Source of the DNA: Eledone cirrhosa
Taxonomy: Eukaryota
Assembly (NCBI GenBank): GCA_964016885.1
Contig: OZ024740.1
Coordinates: 347,510,001-347,574,000 of the forward strand
Reading direction: 5' to 3'
DNA length: 64,000 bases
Shown: in pieces, positions 55,681-64,000 of the stretch
Layout of the letters: each line of letters begins with the position of its first letter
How positions within the stretch are numbered: position 1 is the first letter of the stretch
Program-made: the position numbers and the translations under genes
The notes under the pieces: model-generated
What the model was told of the DNA's origin: nothing
Databases searched by the model: none
Seen by the model: only the letters and a program-made list of their open reading frames with translations

Positions 55681-56012
<332 letters not shown>

Positions 56013-56044
56013 TAACCCATTTGCAACGCCGCAGCTCCATTATT

Positions 56045-56115
<71 letters not shown>

Positions 56116-56304
56116 CAAAGGAATTGTGGTAATGAACCAGATGGACCACAGCACACCAGAGTACTCAATACTTAGGGTAGTAGAGTGAGAAATAGGAAAA
56201 AGTATGACCCCGACGGCAGAGCTCAAGCTGGTTCGACGGCTATTTCTGGACTCAAATAGTCCATAAATAGCCGTCGAAACGGCTATTATTGGAATAGGCA
56301 GAAC

Positions 56305-56378
56305 AAATCGACGTTGAATTTCCTCTTGCATCCAAAAAAGGGGTTCACCTATTTTGGGAAATCTAATTTTGATCATAT
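56305..56378 (-). mobile_element. Small internal fragment of the same hAT transposase as 8981-9052
   Basis: Encodes MIKIRFPKIGEPLFWMQEEIQRRF, near-identical to the 8852 ORF. Confidence 0.85.
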
Positions 56379-57594
56379 CTGTATAGTATATTTAATAAAA
56401 TACTATGTTTATTTAAACATATTTTGAAGAGCATTCGCTATGTGTTTTTAAGTAGTGACTATCCCACTTACATAGTCTTGGCGAAAACAAATATATATAT
56501 ATATATGTATAGTAATAATAATAAAATTGAAGACTAAAATCCAAAGAGGGCTCGATAAGGATAAATATATATCAAATATATAAGAACCGTAGAGCAAATA
56601 TTTATTAAATAACAGATTAAAGTTTAATAATAAAAATCTGCTTTCACCCTTAACGGGATCTTCTGAAACTAACAAAGTCAATCTGTAAACGGAGAACTGG
56701 ATATTTCAAAAAACGTTGCAACCGGAGGAAGACAGGAAGACGTTACTTTGGTTCGTGGAAACGTTCGCTGGCAAAGAACGGGAAAAAACGAATAATACGT
56801 CATTAATAGGAGCGGTGAAAAACAATTACGCGCAAAGACAGAACCACGTTTATGGTATAAAAGAGGTCGTAGACTAATGTTCTCTTAGGTGGTGCATAGA
56901 GACGTTCTCTAGCAATGAACGAAAAAACGAAGATAATACGTCATATGTGTAGCGTGGAGAACAATAGCACACAAAGACAAAACCACGTAAATGGTATAGC
57001 AGAAGTCGTAGACTAAAATTCTAACTAGGAGACCAAAAGGTATAAAACAAAAGCAAGCTATTTCAAATTATATATTTTTGAAAAATAGACGTGAATGTTC
57101 TCAAAGATTTGATCTCAGTCGAAAAAGCTTTTTTTTTTTTAATTCTATATTTCACTGTTAGCTGTTGTAATATTTTGAGTGGATAGACAATTCTACAATT
57201 CAAACTGTAAAGTCAAAATACGAAAGATGCAAAATATGAAGAATTTCTTACCTTTCTCTGGAATCACAAACTCAAGGGAAAAATAGTACCTGAGGAAATA
57301 GAGTACCTCGATCACAAACTTAGTTGCAACGAATGAATTGAGATGCTTAGTGACAGTGAGCAAACAATATCTGTATTCCTTTTATATGTATATATATATA
57401 TACATAGATAGATACACACACACACACACACACATACGTGCAAGCGCGCGCGTGCACACACACAGACTTGTGTGTGTGTGCATTCTTTATAGTACAGAAA
57501 GAATTTTCTCTCCAGTTTTTATTGCCGAGTCAAAGGCCACTGCGCTTTTCAACAACGTCAAATAACAACGCCAAATATATAGAGAAATATATAA

Positions 57595-57679
<85 letters not shown>

Positions 57680-57759
57680 AGAAGACAAACTGAGAGAGTA
57701 AGAAATGTGTGTGGGTGTTTTTGGTACACGTCTATCTATCTTTACATCTATCTCTCTAA

Positions 57760-58164
57760 CAGGCGGCTCAAACATGCGGCCCGCGAACTACTTTTCTATG
57801 GCATGTGGTAGAACCAATATTTCAGATTCCATTATAACTGGCGAAAATAAGGCGGTGAGCTGGTGGAATCGTTAGCACATCTGGCGAAATGCTTAGCGGT
57901 ACTTCTTCCGTTTTTACGTTCCGAGTTCAAATTCCGCCGATCTCAACTTTGCCTTTCATCCTTTTGGAGTCGATAAATTAAGTACCAGTGGTGAACTGAG
58001 ATTCATGTAATCGACGGGACCCTAAACCTCAAATTCCATGCCTTGTGTCTATAGTAGAAATAATTATAACTGGTAAAAATCATCACCCACCACCACGTTT
58101 GGCCCACTGTGCCTCTCATCCAGGACGTAATGGCCCTTTTATGTCCTTGAATTTGAGACCCCTC
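57760..58164 (+). mobile_element. hAT-type MITE remnant with nested SINE (57849-58070)
   Basis: CAGGCGGCTCAAACATGCGGCCCGCG ... GGCCC...ATTTGAGACCCCT termini; TSD not clean. Confidence 0.55.
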
Positions 58165-58204
58165 TTCTACACACACAGACACACATATCTATATACATTT
58201 TACT

Positions 58205-58458
58205 TTTTTTCTGTTTCTGGACTACGCCCCTGCTGGAGCATCACCTTGGTAAGTTATGGGGACGTCAACAAACCAACAAGTATTGGTGGGAGTGCAAACA
58301 CAAACGCAAAGACACACACCGACATGTATACATATATACGACGCGCTTCTTTTTGTTTCGGTCTATCAAATCCACTCACAGGGCTTTGGTCGGCCCGATC
58401 AGTGGGACTGAACCCGGAAACATGTGGTTGGGAAGCAAGCTTCTTGTCACACTGCGCA
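58205..58458 (-). mobile_element. tRNA-headed SINE fragment (second family)
   Basis: Minus: AAGAAGCTTGCTTCCCAACCACATGTTTCCGGGTTCAGTCCCACT...GGCCGACCAAAGCCCTGTGAGTGGATTTG; B-box-like GGTTCAGTCCC. Confidence 0.7.
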
Positions 58459-58460
58459 TG

Positions 58461-58507
<47 letters not shown>

Positions 58508-58514
58508 TTGTGTC

Positions 58515-58545
<31 letters not shown>

Positions 58546-60159
58546 CAGGGGCGAAGGGTGCATGCAAGCAACGCATGCAGTGCATGGGTTATAGAATCTT
58601 GAGTTGATAAATTGCGTCGGTTGAAGCAAGCAGTATTTTGGCTCCTTGCTAAATCGTAGACACATATAAAGATAACACACACACACACATACACACACAC
58701 ATACACACACTAGATAACACTACATGTGGCTTTGACCGGGAGGGGGATTTAGAGGGTATTGAGGGGGGTGTAAGGCTTTTCCGCCATGGTGATCGGACTG
58801 CATGCCCTGCTTTCCATGTTACCCTTCGCCACTGGTGTATTGGGGTATGTGTGTGTGTGTATTATCAAATTGACAATGAAAATAAAAAGAACAAAGTCAA
58901 GTTACTTTATAACTTTGTTTTTATTTTGTTGTTTTTTTATTTTTATTGTTAATTTAATACCTAATATCTGACTCTGTATCTAAAGAATTAATTCAGCGAA
59001 ACACAGAACTTCTCTATGGATTTTACAAAATTACATTGCGTTCTTCTACGGTACCGACCCTACCACCAGAGGTAGACCAGACTGAAAAAAGAAAAAATAT
59101 ATATATGTATGTGTGTCTGTGTGTGTATAATATATATTTATATATATATATCTACATACATATATACATACATACTTTACGTATGTATATAGCTATGCAT
59201 TTATATATCTGTATATAAACATGCATTTATATATGTGTGTAAGGATATTGACATGATTTTTTTTTTCTTTTCTGGAAAGGAGAGAATTTTGGCTCCAGAT
59301 TTTATTACCTAGGGAGATTAAATACCATAGCATTTCAACCTCATCAAACACCAACGTTGGCCTATGTGTGTGTATGTATGTATGTATGTATGTATGTGTG
59401 TATGTATGTATGTATGTATGTATGTATGTATGTATGTATGTATGTATGTATGTATGTATGTATATACACATGTACATATGTATGTATATGTGTATATACA
59501 TGGGTGTGCTTATGTATGTATGTGCGGGGACATAGAAAAAGTCGGACTGGACACGCGAACGTGAGGTTAAACCACTGGGAGTGAAGGACCCCCTAGCTTT
59601 TGTCAGGGTATTCTTCTAGGAGAAGGCAACTCGGGAATCTGGGATAACTCCGATATAAAACCTGCGACACAGTAGTTACCGATGATGTTGATCTTTTCTT
59701 CTTTTCGTGTTATAGTTACTGACGATCAGAGAGTGAGATTGGCTCAGTGCACAGTCTTTCTTCACTTTAAAAAATATCTTCACGAACAGGCATTGCACGA
59801 TAGTATTAATTAATAATTATTAATAATGGAATACCGTGTAATGGCCATACTCGATAACGACGGGGCAGCCATCATCATCATGTATGTATGTATGTGTGTA
59901 TGTATGTATGTATGTATGTATGTATGTATGTATGTATGCATGTGTGTGTATGATTGTATGTATGATTGTATGTATGTATATGTAAACACCCACACCTTTC
60001 ATAACTATTGCTTCATTTTCTTGTCGTTTTTGTTGTTCTTGTAACTGTTGTCATAGTTGACCTTGTCCTTATTTTCATTTTCTTTGACTTCTTTCGTTTT
60101 TCTTTTATCTCTCTAGGGTTTTCGTTGAAAAGTTTCTTTCATTTATTTTCTTCGTTTTC

Positions 60160-60300
60160 TTCATTCAAATGCATTCACACTGGCTGTCTCAGAGACGTAC
60201 AAATATGGCTTATAAAACTTACCTGAGTAAAGAGCCTTCAGCGCCCTTCTTGCGCCTCCCCAAATCTTCAAACGCCTCCCTATCGTCCCTTGCCCCAAAT
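60160..60300 (-). mobile_element. Fragment of the hAT 5' subterminal region
   Basis: Reverse complement of ~7605-7733. Confidence 0.85.
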
Positions 60301-60539
60301 CCTTTGTTCTAGAACATCATGCATCGTGCGAGAAATAGCAACCAAATCAACCTCAAATTACACTTGAACCTCTTAGGAAAAGAAAGAAGAGAATGGTTAA
60401 TATGTCCTTAAAATACTTTGATAAATTTGGGCAATCAGTGTTTATCTGCGACAAAACAATTACAAAATGACCTAAAATATACTGGAGGATAGCACTTCGC
60501 CCTCTATCCTCATGTTAGTTTATGAAATTCAAAGGGTTT

Positions 60540-61300
60540 CATCTAAGTGGGAAAGCAATTTTCAAAACTTACGAACGTGCCAGTCATGCCACTTTCATTA
60601 ACGTAGTCAACAAGCAGCAAGGAGAGCAAGATTATCCACTTCTCCTTAAGAAATGATGGTGGGAGTCGATGTTGACGATAGAATATACTGATTACAAGTC
60701 CCGTCTTGCACGTAATAATTGTTTGAAATAATGCCACAATCAAGCAATGCCCAGATAGTGGACGTGTATGTGATGGACGGTTTCATCACCTCACACATCT
60801 CGAACAGGATCGGTTACTAACAATTGCTGACGATTCCAGTACTGCAATAGCAATACAGTTTATGCTAAATCCCCACTTTTCTAGAACTACTAAATCAATG
60901 GCTTTTGCAAGTTCACAATACTCCACGACCACTTTGACAATATCGTTGAGCGACTCGTAAGCCTAACAACATTTAAGAAGCCAAACATCCAAACTCATTC
61001 TCCGATTTCCATGTCTGTTGCATTGTCAAAGAGACTAAATATGCGAAATATGATGCACAAAAGACGAACACGTCTGTTCATCAATATTGTTGTCCACCCC
61101 TGCAAATATTTCACTTTCAACACATATCTGCGTATCATCTCCGACGGCACGTCGAACTCCCGTGGGGGGGGGGGGTTTCGAGAAGCCGTTGTTCAGAAAT
61201 ATGTTGCTTACTTTTACATCCAGCGATACTGAAACTACAATGTCCCGATACGTGAAGGAGATGTAGATTGGACAGACAGACAGCAAGTGATTGAGTCGTA
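60540..61300 (-). pseudogene. Possible very old LINE RT relic
   Basis: VVVEYCELAKAIDLV resembles D(F)xKAFD; ILLSLLLVDYVNE resembles PLLFLIYIND. Weak. Confidence 0.3.
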
Positions 61301-62374
61301 GAAATTCGGATCTTACTGATGGCTAGCAGATACAGACATGATGTACTGATTGTCTGAAGTCAACAGATGTACCTGCTTCGACGCCAACGCAAGCCTATGT
61401 GAATTTAGAAAACACAGGCCTAATTGAAACCTGCTGGTTATCAAAAGAGTGAGAAAAATCATCTACGTTATCTATAGATGATCGGGCATACTATGTTTGT
61501 TTGTCCTAGGAGGGCTCATTAAGATCCATTGCGATTATTTTAAAATTCTGCCATGTCACGTATGAATCTTCGATTAGAGTAATCGAATTGTCTGTATCAG
61601 AAGTCTGTCTGTTTTTGTCTATGGAGTAAATTCATTTATTTGAGCACTATCTGTTGTGTCTATGATTTCGGATGAAGATCAGATTTTTCCAGGCAATAGT
61701 AAAATTGTAATGTGATTGTTGCTGACGCTATTGTTATGGATTTTGCTATTGTTATTATTGCTGTATCACTTCTTTGTGTATCTTCTATTATTCTATGTAT
61801 TTTTATTTTTGTTGTTATTGATGATGAGGGTGGTGGGGGGGGGGGGGGGCGGATGTTCATGTTGGAGTTTGTGGTGGTGCCGCTGGTGTTACTGGTACTA
61901 GTAGCGGTAGTGTTTGTAGTTCGTGCTGATGATGGTGGTACAGGTGGTGATGGCGCTGGTGGTGTGCCAGTGATGGTGTATGTGGAGGTTGTAGTGGTGT
62001 TGTGATAGTTGTAGTGTTGCTGGTAGTTACTGTTATTTCTTTTTTGTTTGCATATTTTACCACGCAGTTTAGTTTTTTTGTAAATATTTCTGATTTCTAA
62101 AGATTTGGGCTTTTATGAAATGTCAGGTGATTTCTCCTACCTCAAATATCTTCACCTTTATCGAGCTCTATTTCTTTTATTTTACTGATGCTGCCTTCTC
62201 ACCTTTTTAATCTTCTTCACTTGAGAAATCAGACAGTGTAAACATTGTCCCCGAATATGTCTGAACTTGTCCTTGCGTGTTTCTACGAATGTTGTTTTGT
62301 TCAGGAGGGCACTTTACCGTGAAATCCTTGATGTTTTTTAATGTTCCCTAACAATAGAATTAACGAAATCCATT

Positions 62375-63115
62375 ATTTCAATTAAATATCTTTGAAACTT
62401 CACATAAGTTGTTTTACACACACACTTACACGTGCAGACGGCACACTCACACTCACATACATACACAAGCACACACATAACAGCCGCACACAAATACTCA
62501 CTGATACACATACACACACAATATACATATATATATATAGGAGATAACGAAACAAATCGTTTCAACAGCTAAATCTACATTTCATAGAAATATGTCACCA
62601 ATCACCGTCTTCTTACTTCTTCTTTCTGGTATGTATATTTTTGTATAGTGAATTGCCAGTATCGGTAGAGTGTTGGACGCCACACTTTCTAGCATAGTTA
62701 CGTCCCTTTACGTTCTGAGTTTAAATCCCGCCGAGGTTAACTTTGCCTTTCATCCTTACGGGGTCGATAAAATAAAGTACTAGTAATGTACTGGCTAATT
62801 GCTGGCTTTGTGCCAACACTAGAAACACTTATTTCTTTTACGTTACTGCCAACACTGTTGTATCTCAATTTTAGACAATGCTCTTCGTTGATTCTGTCTG
62901 AGCCCTAGCGCCCAATGTGTCTTGGCTTGATGTCACTAAACTAAAACCTGACACAATATATTGTTGGTGTTTTCATCATCTCAAATATGCATCCAAAGCA
63001 AAGAATTGATTGTCTTCATTCCTAATGTCCGAATAATTTCAGCAGGTGGGCCAATGTCCTTAATCAGAACCAAATGATCTACACTCGGTCAGATTGATAT
63101 ATATCCAATTTTCTG
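62375..63115. repeat. Second copy of the 17290-17845 segment, interrupted by a SINE at 62647-62830
   Basis: Alignment by eye; the empty site TTTTGTAT|TATTTCTTTT is at ~17553-17570. Confidence 0.9.
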
Positions 63116-63163
63116 TGGTTTCTAACTCCCTCCTGTCTCTCTCTCACTCTCTCTCTATATATG

Positions 63164-63201
<38 letters not shown>

Positions 63202-63239
63202 TATAAATATATATATATATATAAATATATATATATATA

Positions 63240-63482
<243 letters not shown>

Positions 63483-63484
63483 TA

Positions 63485-63536
<52 letters not shown>

Positions 63537-63537
<1 letters not shown>

Positions 63538-64000
63538 TAGCAGTGGTACCCGGCGTTACACGGGATAAGATATTTTGGAACGCCGGCCGCCAACAGACCT
63601 AATCGGGGAAAAACTTCATGACTAGACAATTTGTAAAGAAAATAAACCGAATACACTGATGGCTGGACAATCTTTAAGATGTTCCTCGATGAAGCAGGAA
63701 AAATGCAGGTTTTCACCTAATGCGGGTCCTAGGGGATCAAGAAAATGAATTTTTTTTATCAGCATAAAATGCCTTGAAATTTCGGGAAAATCGACTAGAA
63801 CGTAACGCCTCAAAAAAGCCCTAAAGATCTGAAAAAATGAAGTTTTTCACCTAATGCGGGCCCTAGGCCATAAAAAGTGGGATTTTCTGTGTTCACTGTA
63901 TGAAGAAGAGACTGCCTAATACATAGTTACAATTTTAAGGAAATCGGTCTGACGTAATGTCTCAAAGCACCCCTAGAAAGCTGAAAAAACGCAGATTTTT
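63537..64000 (-). mobile_element. Helitron 3' terminus (element runs off window)
   Basis: Minus: hairpin CCCGtgtaacgcCGGG, 8 nt, CTAG followed by T in (TA)n. Internal repeat TTTTCACCTAATGCGGG at ~63710 and ~63845. Confidence 0.75.

Noticed and set aside
61712-62063. Val/Gly- or His/Thr-rich ORFs (also 42750-42960)
   Set aside because: Cryptic GGT/ACC trinucleotide low-complexity sequence.

Overview
Eukaryotic, repeat-saturated, AT-rich DNA. The SINE families and microsatellite load look like an Octopus/cephalopod genome (recognition, not verified). No complete host gene is visible, and most ORFs in the supplied track are microsatellite artefacts. Recognisable elements: one apparently intact R4/Dong-type non-LTR retrotransposon ORF (43479-46871) with a truncated sibling in its tail; a full-length RTE-type LINE with target-site duplication (TSD); a Buster-type hAT with TIRs and an 8-bp TSD; fragments of CRE, Tx1/L1 and RTE-BovB; SINEs; a Helitron 3' end; and a 37-bp satellite. 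The dominant hidden structure comes from Penelope-like elements (PLEs). There are four Naiad-type and one Neptune-type ORF remnants plus many pseudo-LTR (pLTR) fragments carrying more than a dozen type-I hammerhead ribozyme (HHR) motifs. Several of these have 48-116 nt helix-II domains, U3-A8 compensatory cores and palindromic helix III. About 16 fold-back/inverted repeats (arms 15 bp to 1.45 kb) are present, and in at least two of them the junction falls on the predicted ribozyme cleavage site. All structures were read by eye; none was computed or tested.
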